A stretch of DNA of 64,000 bases from Trichoplax adhaerens (GCF_000150275.1 NW_002060943.1:2014987-2078986), one strand, 5' to 3'; numbered from the stretch's first letter, positions 39,401-53,700 are shown. Program-made: numbers and translations. The notes: generated from the sequence alone by a model not told the origin.

Positions 39401-42400
39401 CCACCAGCATTACTAGGTCGTGAAGTAAAAATGATAGATTTCGAAAAGTTTAATATTATACACTGAATACTCAGAATTTTATGCCTTACTTTAATCAAAA
39501 AGATTTTCAAATTCACCTCGATATCTAATTCTATGTGCAGGCAAAGCTACTATACTATTTAATAGGAAAGACTACAATGAAGCTCTAAACCTATACAAAG
39601 AAGTCTTGAGATTGAAACCAAAGACATGTCCAGGTACTAGATCAGCTACAATTGTAAAAATTTTAGAGTTAGCAAACGAAATTGTTACTGCATTAATCAA
39701 TTAAGAATTGACCTTTGAAATTGCAGCAAATGTTCGTCTAGGAATTGGCCATTGCTATGCAAGATTGAATAAATTTGATTTAGCCAGGTTGTCAATAGTA
39801 AAAGAGTTATATCGTAAATGATAGTAAGATAGTAAAGGAAAACAAGTTGTTTGGTTGATGTGGTTGTAAATAGGTGCATCATTACTATGGTATATAGACA
39901 GTGTACCATCTGCTTAACTTTTTTATACTAAAAGGAGGTTGTTGACTGAACGTCATTAATATAATTCTTAAGACAAGCATTTGAAAGAACATTACAGCTC
40001 GATCCTAAATGTGTCGGAGCAATGGTTGCCTTGGCTGTTTTAGAATTAAACACAAAAGTGGTATATATCCCGATTTAAACCCTTTATACTGATGATATCA
40101 TAAAGTTTTAAAAGGAAAAAGTAGCACGTTGTGTTAAAATTTTTTTAGTATTCATTTTTGTTTCCTTATACTGTGATATTATTGAAATATTAACAGATTG
40201 ATTTGATTTTAAATATCTAGGCTGATTCCATCAGAAATGGAGTCGATTTATTATCACGTGCTTATACAATCGATCAAACAAACGCTATGGCTTTAAATCA
40301 TCTTGCAAATCATTTCTTCTACAAGAAGGATTATGATAAGGTTCAGCATTTAGCTCTACATGCTTTCCATAGTACGAACGTCGAACCTATCCAAGCCGAA
40401 AGCTGCTATCAACTAGCTAGAGTTTTCCATTCGATGCAAGATTACGATCAAGCTTTTAAATATTATTATCAAGCTACTCAATTTGCCGATAGTAATTACG
40501 TTTTACCACATTTTGGTCTAGGCCAATTATATCTTACTCGTAACGATTCAGCTAATGCGGCTAGCTCATTTGAAAAAGTACTTAAAGTCCAGAGTGATAA
40601 CTATGAAAGTATGAAAATTTTAGGATCTATATATGCACGCTCTAATAACGAAGAAAAGCGAGAAAGAGCTAAAATTTTATTACAAAAAGCAACCACTCAA
40701 CATCCTGACGACATAGAAGCTTGGATTGAATTAGCAGGTATACTAGAAGGTTCAGATATTCAAGGGGCACTTTCAGCATATGGTACATCTTCACGACTTT
40801 TACAAGAGACTCTTGAAACCGATATACCTCCAGAAATATTAAACAATGCAGCTGCATTACACTTCCGGCTAGGTAATTTTTTAGAAGCTATGAAAAACTT
40901 TAGTGCCGCATTGGAACGAGCTAAATTAGAAGCAAACGAATCAACCGAAGGTTCATCTTATTTCAATACTATATCAGTTACTATAACATATAACGTCGCT
41001 CGTTTACACGAAGCATTGTGTGAACATGATGAAGCAGAAAAGTTATATAAGCAAATCCTTAAAGATCATCCTAATTATATCGATTGTTATCTTCGATTGG
41101 GATGTATGGCTCGCGATAAGGGTCACTTTTATGAAGCTTCAGATTGGTACACCGAAGCACTTGTTATAGAAAGGGAGCATAAAGATACATGGTCTTTAAT
41201 TGGAAATTTACACATGATGAAGCAAGAATGGGGTCCGGCCCAGAAAAAGTACGAGCGTATTTTAAATCAAAACAAAGACGATACTTACGGTCTTGTAGCT
41301 ATGGGAAATATATGGTTACAGACATTATATCAACCTACAAAGGACCCAGACAAGGTTTTAAAAATCGCGAGTTGTAATGAAATATTAATACCTACTGTAT
41401 TTTAATAAGAGCCATATTGATGTTACTTATTTTTTATATTATACTAGAATAGACGTCATCGCGATCGCGCGTTGAGTCTATATAAGCAGGTAATTCGACT
41501 CGATCCACGAAATATTTATGCCGCTAATGGTATCGGTGCCGTATTAGCACAGAGTAGTTTTCATCAAGAATCTCGAGAAATTTTTGCTCAGGTAGATTAA
41601 TATAGAATTATTGATTTGTAATTTAATAAGTTTACAAAGTTTTGAAGTTAATATACAATGTATTACTGTACTTTTAATAGGTCCGCGAAGCTACTGCCGA
41701 CATGTTCGACGTATGGCTAAATCTCGCTCATGTTTATACCGAACAACAGCAGTATTCAATAGCGATCCAAATGGTATGATTAAGTATTAGCATCGAGATC
41801 GATAGTTGTCGAAGTTTAGATTAGGACCGTTATCACTATCGAAATTATTTATTCCTGTTACATGATCACTATAGTATCGAAGCTGTATTGAGAGATTCAG
41901 CATGAATCAAAATACGGAAGTACTGCTATATCTAGCTAGAGCATACTTTAAGGATGGTAGATTACAAAATTGTAACAGGATTCTTGTTAAGGTATCAAAT
42001 CTTTAGTCTATGGGTAATGCATATTTTGTAGGTATAGATGACTTAATCTTCCCTTGTAAAATACGTGTTTTATTACGCTATTAAGGCCTTCCATATCGCA
42101 CCGCAAGAAACTTTACTCCTGTTTAACATTTGCTTAGTCTTGCAATGTATGGCAGTCGTAGTGTTGGAGGATGAGTATAACCAAGTTGAAGATATCAAGG
42201 AAGCTATTGAACAACTCAAATTAGCTCACAAGTAGGACTTATTTAGTAACCGATAGAGTTAGTAATTATTAGTAAGTGGCATCCTTTGTATCAGGTATTT
42301 CACTTTTTTGGGTGAAACGGGAGATAAAACGAAGTTCGATCTTGATCAGGCTACGGCAGAATCTCGGTAATGCTCAAATGCAATTTTAATAATTCTCCAA

Positions 42401-43242
42401 CCCAATAAAGATGCCGCTGGTACTAAGAAAAATAAGTCTGTTCTGAATGTATGATTACAGCCACTGTTCGGATCTATTAAGTCAAGCTCAGTATCACGTT
42501 ACCAGAGCCAGCACGAGGCAGAAAGAAGAGCTGGAATTAATCCGAAAATATGAAGAAAATTACCTAGCTTCTATCGAGAAAAGAAAAACTGATGAGGTTG
42601 ATTAGGATATGTTTCATACATTACCCAAGCTATGTTTTTTAACTGTTTAAGGGTTAACTGAAACAATTTATGTGTAAAGCTGCACCGTCAATGTGAAATG
42701 GAAGCGAAGACTCGAGTAATCAATGAGCAACGTAATCAATATGTTGAAGCAACCAAGAAGCTGCTGATTTTTGAAGACAATATCGAGAAAGGTTCTGATC
42801 GCCGTTCTACGGTAATATATTCAAAACTTTATTCAGGATTGATTACAGTTTACTATTTGATCTTGAAAGCGGTTGTATGTTACCAAACTATTTATCTTTA
42901 AGAAGCAAGATGATGGCGTATTAACCAATGAAGGTAGTAATGAAGATGTCATTAGTGCGCGAGAGTCCAAATGGTACTTCATAATATAAGTTAGCATCTT
43001 GTTAATAGTAAAGTTCGCTGAACTCATAATGTTTTGCTTATAGCAGTAATAGTGGAACAAATAAGAGAGTTCGAACGAAAAAGCGATCACGAAAACGTAC
43101 GGTATCATCTGTGAAGAAGGAAATGCCAACTAGAAAAAGACGAAAGGCTATTTCGAAGGAGCTGATTTCAGATATCTCCGATAGCTCTGACAACGATGAA
43201 TCAGGGCAGTTACGTATTGTAGGCGACGATGACGATGATTAA
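36422..43242 (+). CDS. CTR9: CTR9 homologue, copy B, same exon pattern but a shorter C-terminus
   Basis: [16 protein letters not shown]|[12 protein letters not shown]; ORF 40287-41405 is nearly identical to 29335-30453; ends [13 protein letters not shown] at 43240-43242. Confidence 0.93.
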
Positions 43243-44485
43243 AATTTAAATATTCATGCAGTATATCTAACATATAAAAATAATTATATATGTTGCGTAC
43301 AGTATATAATGCGAGTATATAGGGTTTAATGACGTCTGGGTTATTTGATTCTAAACGCTTGTACTTATATACAGTACTTGATAATTACAGTATACAATAA
43401 AAGTTACATTAACCGAGAAATACGATCATTGCGTAGATTGCTTGAAGTGACAAATGTTCACCTATTTGCTTAGTACTGTAGTAGTTGCCATCTGCACTCA
43501 CAATTTACTTTCATTTACTCAGATAGTAGTCAGCATCTATGCACTTACAGTAGTTGTACGTAATTAGCTGTACCCACACTTTCTGTACATTATTTTGTGT
43601 TAAGTATCTTTATGTGTACACGTGTAGCCATTAACATTAGAATTCATACAACTAGTTCTATTTTACCGTTCACTCTAACAAGCCGGTCTATTTAGTAGTT
43701 GGATGCAAATGTATTCTTAGCATCACATGTTACTTAATTAAAGAAATTGTTACATTATATATTGCATGGTTACAATAAAGTTCCGCAAGAAAACTTTTCA
43801 TTCGTGTTAAATTTCGGTACAACTAATTAATCAAATAGGGAACCCTTATTACTTCACCCAGGCCCGATGTCGAAATTTGAAACGGTGCGGATGTTTAATT
43901 GATACGACAAAATTTTCTGTGAAATTGAACTTAACGATTGTCCAATTGCCCAGAGTATAGCAAATAGCATATTGCTTGCAACTGACATTTTGTTTGTCAA
44001 CATACTTTTGCTGATTATTGTATATGTACATATGCCGTATGCCGTTAATTTTACGTCATTGGATAAACCCAAGTCTGATAAAAGCATACAGCAATTATGT
44101 TTATTCATTGAAGAGGCATATGAGTAAATTCAATGACACGATATCTAAAATAAGGATATCGTGAAAACACGTAATTCATGTACTGTACTGTACGCGTAAA
44201 CAAAATTTAAAAATGTCATTTGTAAAATAAAGCAATATGTATATAATTCATTAATATGCGTATGATAACATATTAGTAGGTTTTATAACAAAATAAGCTA
44301 CAAAGTTCATATTTACAATAGGATTAGCAAGTAGTTGATCAGTTTTTTTCTATACATTGCATCTTTGGTATTGAATATTAGACTATTTTAACATTTTTAA
44401 AGATAATTATAATATAATTATCATTGTTTAGGAGTAAATGCATAAAAAAATTTTAAATGACTTTTGATTCTTAAGTTGTTACAAA

Positions 44486-45802
44486 TTAATTATGATGAAA
44501 TATTGATCGTGTAGTCCAACGGTATTTATACGAACTTAATGGTGTTGCTGGGACTAAAACTATATCTTCTTGGTTGTCTCCTTCATCCTCATTATGCATC
44601 ATTAATGATGTACATGTAGAACATGACTGTAGTGAATTACTACCATCATGATCACTTTTAATTGGTGATAAGTCCTGATCGTTGATTCGTCGACTTTGCG
44701 AACTAGATAGTTCAGGATCAAAGTTGGAATCTAACATTGTATCAGTATTTTGTTTGTACGTAGGTTGAAAATTCAGTCTGGATGGTGTCATAGTATTGCG
44801 AAATCGAAATGTTCTATTTCTTGCATTAGTACGAAATTTGCTACAATTTCTGAACTTGACTTTTTTGCGATTATGAACTTTCGAAGGAGCTTTGCGATCA
44901 AATTGAGGAGACACCTATCATAATAAAATAAATAAATAAATTACCAATTTTAAATTTGGCTATGACTCTTTAAATAAATTATATTGCAGTACATTGTAAC
45001 CGTGAAACTTAGCATGAGTAAAACCTGATATTGTGTACATCCACGATGTACATTGTACAGTACGTACAGCACAGTGTAGGTTAGTAGTAATGTTCATCAA
45101 CATGTTGACCAATACGGTAAGTAGTAATAAGAAATACTGTAGTTACGAGCTCGTTTTGCACTGGATATAAAAAGGTAAGCTGAATGCTATCACATTTATG
45201 CACTGTATTTATACGGAATTATAAGGTAATTTCTTGTAGTTGTTGCAGAATGTAGATGCTATAAAATACTCGATCAGAGTATTATATGAGCTTCATAGAG
45301 AATAACACCAACACTGCATAACTAAGCCGCATACTCAGCCTTATACTGTAGTGTATTTTTTAATTTTAATGTTTTGACCAGCTTGAGGTTAGTACGGCGT
45401 ATCATATCCGTAGACTGCAGTCAAAGTTCATTGTATATATGTTATATATAAAAAAGATAAAAATGGTTGAACGCAAAAAGTCGACGAAAATTAGCTCATA
45501 TTGAAATGTAATAGCATTTACTCATTGCAATGCTGCAATTATTATATTATACTGTGTATATTTGTATCCTGGCAGTAGCCATCTATACTTACCCATTTAT
45601 CCAGAACTTCAGCTTTTGCAACGTTCAGATCTATCAAACGTATATGCTTTGACAACTTTCGCTCATCGAGTTTCCTCTTCATTTTTCTGAATGATCGCTG
45701 GATCTGCTGGGACGACCTCGGCGTCCTTGGACATCTTGCATTCATCACCTGAAGACTTGTTTTCGTTAAGGTCCACGTGGGTTTTTGCTGCTCTTTAGCC
45801 AT
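44486..45802 (-). CDS. Two-exon gene (45802-45593, 44914-44486), ~212 aa, candidate RHINO/RHNO1-like 9-1-1 clamp interactor
   Basis: A phase-0 GT-AG splice creates KWVSPQF, and the C-terminus has IVLVPATPLSSYKYRWTTR. Both resemble the two conserved RHINO blocks as recalled (SWVSP[D/Q]F; VLVxDTPExxYGxxxTWRRR). Confidence 0.6.
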
Positions 45803-46585
45803 CCATGATCAATACATGTTATGGAGGTATCGATTGATATTGTACTTCGAAGTTCTTATCACTACAATTTCAATAGTGTTGCAGTGATATGTCACCACAG
45901 CAACCTTTGCATTTAATTTTGACAATTAATATATAAAAAATTCATGAGTATTTGATGTGGAAACTGCAATCTAGCCCATTCTCAGGCCCCAATGGATGCA
46001 ATATGTATGCAGTTGGTGCATAAATATGCTGACTTCAAAATAGAAAACAAAACGCGAGCTAGCAAACCACGTGACCTGCAGAACAAAGGCCAACCGTTTG
46101 CTTGGCTACCGTCCAAACTCCAGAGTCCGGTTACCGTACTGTACAGTGTAGAATGTCAGTCAACACAGTCAATACAGCTACAGTACTGCACACTGTACAC
46201 TTGAGGATCAATCAGATTGATTGCAGCATTATTTCATGGATGCTCTTGAACAGATTCCGTTGTCGTAAGGTCATAAGCAGCCATAATTCACAACACGGTA
46301 GCTTAAATTAAGCTTAAAAAGTAACAGGAAACATTGTGCAACCTCTATTTTAATGGGTGGTGCAATAATGTCATGATAGTATTTATTGGTCTGGAAATAT
46401 CATCGTTACAAAAGTAATGATATTGTAAGTAGTGAGCTACTGTAGGCTAGTCTAGATCCAATTATCATCTTCCAGATCGCTATTATCGTAGTGATTGAAT
46501 GAAGTAACATTGATTTATTTGTTATTGATATCGGATAGATATGTACGCATAATACTGCATCATAGTGTCCATTCGTCTGTTCAAC

Positions 46586-49500
46586 ATGGCAGCGAATCGA
46601 AATCCTTCGCCGCCACCACCTGATAGTGATGACCCTGATGTCCATCATCTTCAAGCTATATCGGATGCAATCGGCGATACGGTCTATAGCCAACTATGGG
46701 TTACCTCGTTACTGAAAGAGTTAATCAACCACTTAAATCGTGAAGATAACGAAGACGTTCATCAACAGCAACCTATCGATCATGGTGCTGATTCATCGTC
46801 TCAAGCAACCAGCACTAAAATACCTATGCCTGCTTGCATAATTGAAAATGATGGCAATCTTTGTATTGCATTTGATGAAGAAATATGTAAACTTTGGGAT
46901 ATGTCAAGCGATATAGTAAGTAAAGCTCAGTAATGAAATACTCCAATGCATTGTCTCTGCAACTCATGACTGATCTACTCGGTATGCAAAGTAATCTAAG
47001 CCAAAATGAAGTGTTTACAGTGAGTTACTACCTTGCCTCAGCCCTTGGGCTAGCAATCGAGCCAGCTAAATCTACTTAAGTAGTGTCCATTGAGTATAAA
47101 AATAACCTACCTCTGTGTAAAACGCACCTGCCTTGGTATATTGTAACTGTGTACGCTTATATCGCTCGGCTATCAGATTGCTCGTAACCATTAGTCCAAG
47201 TTTAACATAGAGCTAAATGTACGCTTAAAGCAATAATTAGTGTTGTCTCGTTCTTACTCATAGTTAGTTAATAATATACTGCACACGCATACAATGTTTG
47301 TAATATTAAGTTTTTTTAAGTTCTTGTACTCGTATTACCCAACAAATAACATTGTTGTTAGAGAGCAACAAGTTCAACCATCAGAAACATGACTACCATA
47401 GAAGCCAGCTTTTCGATAACTTCATATGGTTACATAAAATAGCTTACGTGATCAAGTCAGAGCTACGTTGTACATGAGCTGTTATTTTCATTTAATTGCT
47501 GCATATTCCAATGTGATTAAATTGTTTACATTTTAAGTTATCATAAAATTGAATGAGTTGTATAAAGAGGAGTCTTCTTACATTATTGTTTATAAGGATT
47601 CTAGTGTAATCTTATTTATTATCTTTTTGTGTGTGTACGTCAACAAGCATGTTGCCAACTATCTTCTGGAAATTGGTATACTCCAAATACTTATTGCTAT
47701 TATTGTGAAATCGAAATCCGCCAGACTAACGGTGTGTGCAAAGTGTATATAAATATACGAGTATGCCATACGCATTGCTAGAAGTTGGGTACACATTTTC
47801 ATCAATGCAGTACAGTACCCGATCTTTGCTTGTTTAGATAATCAAATTCGATCTGATGTAAAAATATAAAAAATTGAATATTGCTAACCGTAACGTGGTA
47901 ATAGTAGAGATTTTAGTTAAGAAGTCATAAGGGTAATCCTCCAATTTTAAATTGCCTTGCAATACTACACTCATAACTTTTCTTCTGAGTGATCAAAATA
48001 CTATTACCGTAATGATATATGTAATTAATTATTATACTTCAATGTACGTATACATTAGCTCATGTTACTATGTTATTGCTTGTATTGCAATTATAGGAGA
48101 TTAGCGTAGGCATTCTAGCCAATATGGCATGTCACAGAAATGTTTGCTTTCAAATGACTCTTTACGAGGAAATCTTGTACGTAAGATAGTACATGACATC
48201 TATTAGCCTACTAAGAAGTATTAACTCTTTTACTGTACATTACCTACTAAGTGAATTTGTACACTAACAATTGCTATGATAATTATTTAGCCTGATAATA
48301 CCTATGTTGCTGCAATCACCTGATCCACCAATACTTTTAGAGTCTATAAGGTAAATATCTACCTGCTAATACTATATTTTCGAGATAGGCTGATTAAGTG
48401 AAGGGAACTAAATACAATAAATTTAAGTTGTACACGTATCATGCAATATGCAGTAGTACTATGAGTTACGCTAACGGACATATCAACTTACTATTGCCGG
48501 AGCTATTTCTATACTAAAAGTCTCTGTTATTGTAAAAAATGGACCACAATTTACAGGCTAATTAGAAGTTTCATTTCATGTCCTAACGCAAAAGAAAAGT
48601 GGCTAGTAACTATAAAAGAAAATGTGATTATCTACGATTCTATTACATTTATTTTAGCAAGTTCAGTTAATAGTAAGTATATCTAGTTTGAAAGATATTT
48701 TATTCTTCTAAAATTATATTTGATCTATATTTTTTCTTGATTAAAGCTGGTCAGCTCCTAATATGGTAAAAAATTTTCAAAGGAATTAACTTATTTTGTC
48801 GCTAGATGACTTGCTAAGAAGCACTTGTTGCTTAACTTATGAAATTCTGTATGAAGACGATCAACTGCTAACGCAGTGGGCAAAACCGCAACTCTTAGAT
48901 GCTTTATGCGAAGCTGTAAAGCAGTTAAAGTAATTGAATTTACAGTTCATGGAAGATCCTTTCTGTTACGTAGATTTTTACTGTGATTAAGATATGTTAC
49001 GAAAGTAAGCAAAAATTCTTTGCTCTCTTGGTAGTGGGGATACAAGGTCTCAGGAGAACCTTTTTCTTATCATGCAATTAATTAGTAGTAAGAACAGAGG
49101 AGTTACGGCTTTAGGTAAGTAGGCCCTCTTCATCCATTTTCTATTGATAGCAGTAAGCTAGGTATTTGCTTTTAAATCAAAATTTATTTTGTAATGGAGC
49201 TAATGTGTCTTTCTTGCAGTGGAAAATGAAACGGCTATATCTTTGATTTGCCAATTCATGATTGGATACGGTCAATCCGCTGATTCCAGTTTACAGTTTT
49301 ATTCCACATTAACAGCTATATTGTCAATTATTAATGTTATGATGACATTACATCATCACTTGGTATTAAAGTATTATATTGAAGGTAGGCAATAAAAAGA
49401 GTAATTCAACTATTTTTATTAGATATATCTGCATAAAGTTGGCGCTTTCTATAATTAATCAACAAAATCGTGCTTATTTAATGACTGAAAGCTCCAGAAT

Positions 49501-50794
49501 TCCTAACTGCTACATTCCAATTTTTGAAATTTGCCATTTTAAAAACTATTCCTGCAAAAGGTATACATTTGATCAAGTTAAGAGAATCTTGTGTTTAAAT
49601 TGTAAATACTGCTTCAATCTTTTAAAAATTTTCTAGACGAAGATGCATCCCTTGCTAATTTCACCTTGGATGAAGTACAACATTCGTCTAGTTATGATGA
49701 TGATGGTAAGTGTATATTCTTATTAAGGATCACAGCAATCTAACGCTAAAAGTTCAAATCCGCTTTGTATTGGTACTTAAAAACTAATGCAGTATCACTA
49801 TGTCTTTATTGGAAATGTATAAACCTTCTTAAATCGTTATTGCTCGCAAAATGAAATTTCATCGATTTGTAGTAATGTGACAAAGTAATTTAAAGTAGTT
49901 GTGTAGACCATGTATCTTTACAGATAATGCATTACCTTTCTAAAAATCGTTAGTATTGACTAAAAGCAATTTCATCTATAGGTAGTGTTTTAGAGCTGTT
50001 GTGTGAGACAATGTATCTTTATTGAAAATATATTAACGTTGTAAAGTTGTTAGTATTTACTAATAGAAATTCCATTTATAGCTAGTAAGGTGATAAAGTA
50101 TTTTAGAGCTAGTGTATGGACAATGCATCTTTATTACAAATACATTAACGTTCTAAATCACTCGTATTGACTAAAACAAATTTCATCTATAGGTAGTAAC
50201 GTGGTAAAGTATTCTAGAGTTATTGTATGGAAATTCTTGGAAATTTTAACGTCTAGCTTGGCTGAGGTATGTTTTGTATGATATTACATTTGGTTGACAA
50301 TTCCTACCACTTTTGTGATAGCCATAAAACTGTGCCCCTATATCGCTTAGTAAACCACTGTTTCATTAGTAACTTTTTTGATGATCATTAGAACTATAAT
50401 GAGACTATCCTAAATATCCTCCTTTGCAACTGCAAGCATCAAATTATTGCTATTTTCGAATCTTACCGTCAATTAGCTCCATTTTACCAAGAAAAGGTAC
50501 TTCAACGTAATAGATAAAGAATACTTTTTACCGTAAAGATGTGTTCATATCTTTATTACAATTCGTTTTTGCCTACTTTCCTGTCAGACTAGAATTGTGT
50601 TTTTGGCTGCCTTATTACAACAGCACTACTCTTTCTTTATCTAGTATAGTCTCGTCACAAATGATGCAGAGTTTTCTGGTTATAATGTTCTATATAATTT
50701 ACATATTTTATTTTAGCTGCGATTGTTTGCCAATCTGTTTACCATGACGGATAGACATCAACCTTTTTATGCGTATTTGAAAGAGAGATATTAG
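46586..50794 (+). CDS. SAAL1: SAAL1 homologue (serum amyloid A-like 1, ARM-like), about 11-12 exons; 3' end approximate
   Basis: MAANRNPSPPPP, DAIGDTVYSQLW, EEICKLWDMS, KSKSARLT|EISVGILANMAC and DPPILLES match the recalled SAAL1 blocks (MDRNPSPPPP, IGSTVYSKHW, EICRVWDMS, EICVGILGNMAC). Confidence 0.88.
49790..50230. repeat. Degenerate intronic tandem repeat, ~100-113-bp unit, about 4 copies
   Basis: aatttcatctataggtagt-like and atgtatcttta-like motifs recur at about 49855, 49968, 50068 and 50179. Confidence 0.75.
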
Positions 50795-53700
50795 GTACCC
50801 TTTAATGTGATTTTATCTGAAAATCATCTTCCTTATGGCGCTAGAGTGCTGGTTATTATTGCATTGGAGTTATTGACGTATTTTAGAAACTGCCATTTAT
50901 ACCTCCTATTCGTACCTCCATATCTAGTTTCAATTTAAGTGAAACGAATCAAAGATTACTTCTCGTTTAATAGTACATGATCGAGTTGATATAGTTTAGA
51001 AGTCATACCATACTGTGTGGTGATGACGATTCCATTGCACTGAAATGGAATTTGTAATAAAGTTTCATTATCGTTGTTCATTTCAACTTCGTGTTGTTTT
51101 GTATAGTTCGCTGTCTATGGTCGTTACATTGTGAATTATGGTATTGCCGTAGTACAGTATAACTATTATATCAAACATTATCAATATAACTATTGAAAAA
51201 TGAAAGTATGTTGCTATACTGAAATGCGCTAATAAATATTTATTAACTGATAGAGGTAGTATGAGTTTTGGTTGGCTAGCTACTAAGTAGTAGTTACAAA
51301 GAGGGCCTGTAACTCTGCACACATTATTATGAATGAATGAAGTCTAAAAAGAAGTTGAGAAAGGCATTTATTATCTTATTCTATTCTCCTATGTAGTCTT
51401 TCAGCGATCTTGCGAGATCAAGTGCATTCGCTGAAGGGCTGATCGGTCGGTAGCCGTGAAAAAATAATCATATTTCCTAACTGGCAAGGTTGGAGATGTA
51501 TTTATTAAATTCGAGCAAGCATTTGAATTCATAATGCAAATCAAGCCAGTAGGCATTAGTTCTACATTTGAATTTATGTTAGGAGATTGTCACACACAAA
51601 TAGACTTATTCAATTTGAGCTGCCTAGATCACTGGTAAGTAGTATGTCGAGTAACATGTAAGGTTCGAGGTATATCTGAAATGTAAGGGGGATATTTTTG
51701 AGGCAAGTGATATACTGTATAATCAAATTTTTGAAATTTAGTTACGATTTCTCCATGTTGGTTGGAGCTCTTTCATAACGAAGTCAGTAGCGTGAATTCA
51801 CTTAGTAGTCCTGTACTGGACCTACTTGAGACGACATTCACTCTGTGGGCTTGAATCTACATGTCTATGAAGCGCGTGCATTGACTGAATGCCGTCGATG
51901 ACGCATGGATAGTCACTGGCATGCAGTGCGTACTTGAGAAGGGTGAGTCGGCGACAATACAGTCGCAACGTCGCCATTGAGTTTATTCATTGAGTGGAAG
52001 AGAATAAGAGTACATCAAAAAATTTTCAACCACTCTTTCCAAAGAAATTTTCAAGTTGCTAACCAAGTCTGGTCTAGGCGCAAAATACCATAGTTTTATA
52101 TGATATTGTAACTGGCAGTGAAGCCTATCGGTTTTCTTTTACCTCTATCTTTGAAGCCACACTTTGGTCACGTTTTATTGGTCAATTTACTGTAGTTATT
52201 CAATAATCATAATTATATAATTGAATTTCTGCCAATCCATTCAAGAAAAGCTGGGCGGTGCATTTTGTGCTCATAGAATGTAACAACTGGCTATATTCAA
52301 GCATACGCGTAGAAATAAGAAAAAAAGGACAAAAACAATTCCAATAACGTAAGCTACTGGTGATAGTCGCTAGGAAATATTCTGAATTGGTTTCGTTAAT
52401 AGAATTATTTCTGCGTGTTTCTCTTCTGAATGAAGTTGTTTGTACTGTCTAATGTTTGTCATGGACACCATCGTATCATATTTCGGTTCCTAGCTATACA
52501 GTATAGTATAAAAATTGCATGAATGAAGGGGGTCGTTTACAAGCATGCAGCTCATGATGAGATCATGCCATACGTATCCATAGCAATACTATCCTTCATT
52601 TTTGGGTGTATGGCTTCAAGAGTTTCAACAGAAAGAAGGCCTTTTTTTACCTTTGGTAGAAGGATTGACTGTGTTCCTTTTCCTCAAGTCTGTCCAGTAC
52701 ACTGTCTGTTCGAATAGAAGTGACGAGAATTGTAGTATTGTACAATGAATGGCTGACGTTTTGATGAGCTCACGCCACCTTCTTTCTCCGACACGTGAAC
52801 AAAATCGTATCACCCATCTTCTCTAATCATATTATGATGGCGTAATGTTTTGTATTGTCATCCCTATCGTCCAGCAGTACTGTACTGTACCATATGCCCT
52901 GTACAGTACAGTACAGTACTGTACGGTACTGTCATGGTACATACCAGTCTTGTACTAGTGTGCACTGTGACGGTAATAATAGTACTGCATTTACACTCAA
53001 AGATTCCTCATGTGCAGTGTACAGTATTACATGAAAGTCAAAAGTCCTCGGTACGGTACAGCCTGTAACGTAACGTACTGGTACCGAATACAGTACCAGT
53101 ACAGTACAATGGATATCAGACGTACACTACAAATCACTGTACAATACTGGACACAATCAACATGGAACCTCACCCAACACGGTGTTGTGATCGAGAGTCT
53201 CTCTACTACGACTGAACCCCTACTAATGCTAATGACTGTCAATGTGGCTGACCTGGGCCACCCCAGATCACCCGATTATCGTGTACAAATGATACTTAAC
53301 CCACCTTTGTTATCCATCTTATTATTATAGTACTGTATTGTTGGGCAAGAAAGGCTCAGGCCATTGAACTATTCCATCACCGAAAATTCACTAATATCAA
53401 ATACGTGGCCAACAAGAAGATTAAAAGTGAACAACTTACTTATAGCGACCAAGTGGATCTACTACTATGCGCTAATTGAAGTCGATAGCGATTGTAGTGT
53501 ACAGCATATTGACTGTCTGTAGAATTACGGTAGTGGTTGTGTTTTTTTTTCCCTTTTTGCGGGACTGATTGTTAACCTACAACACCTTACTGTTATTGGC
53601 TTGCAAACGTTTGGTCGATCGAGACGACGAGTAGAATAGTACGTATGTACTATACTACAATTGGTGCCAGTCAAGAGAAAAAGATTAAGAGCAACCTGCA

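Noticed and set aside
51414-51424. AGATCAAGTG match to U2 snRNA
   Set aside because: Only 10 nt; the flanking U2 sequence and branch-pairing GTAGTA are absent.
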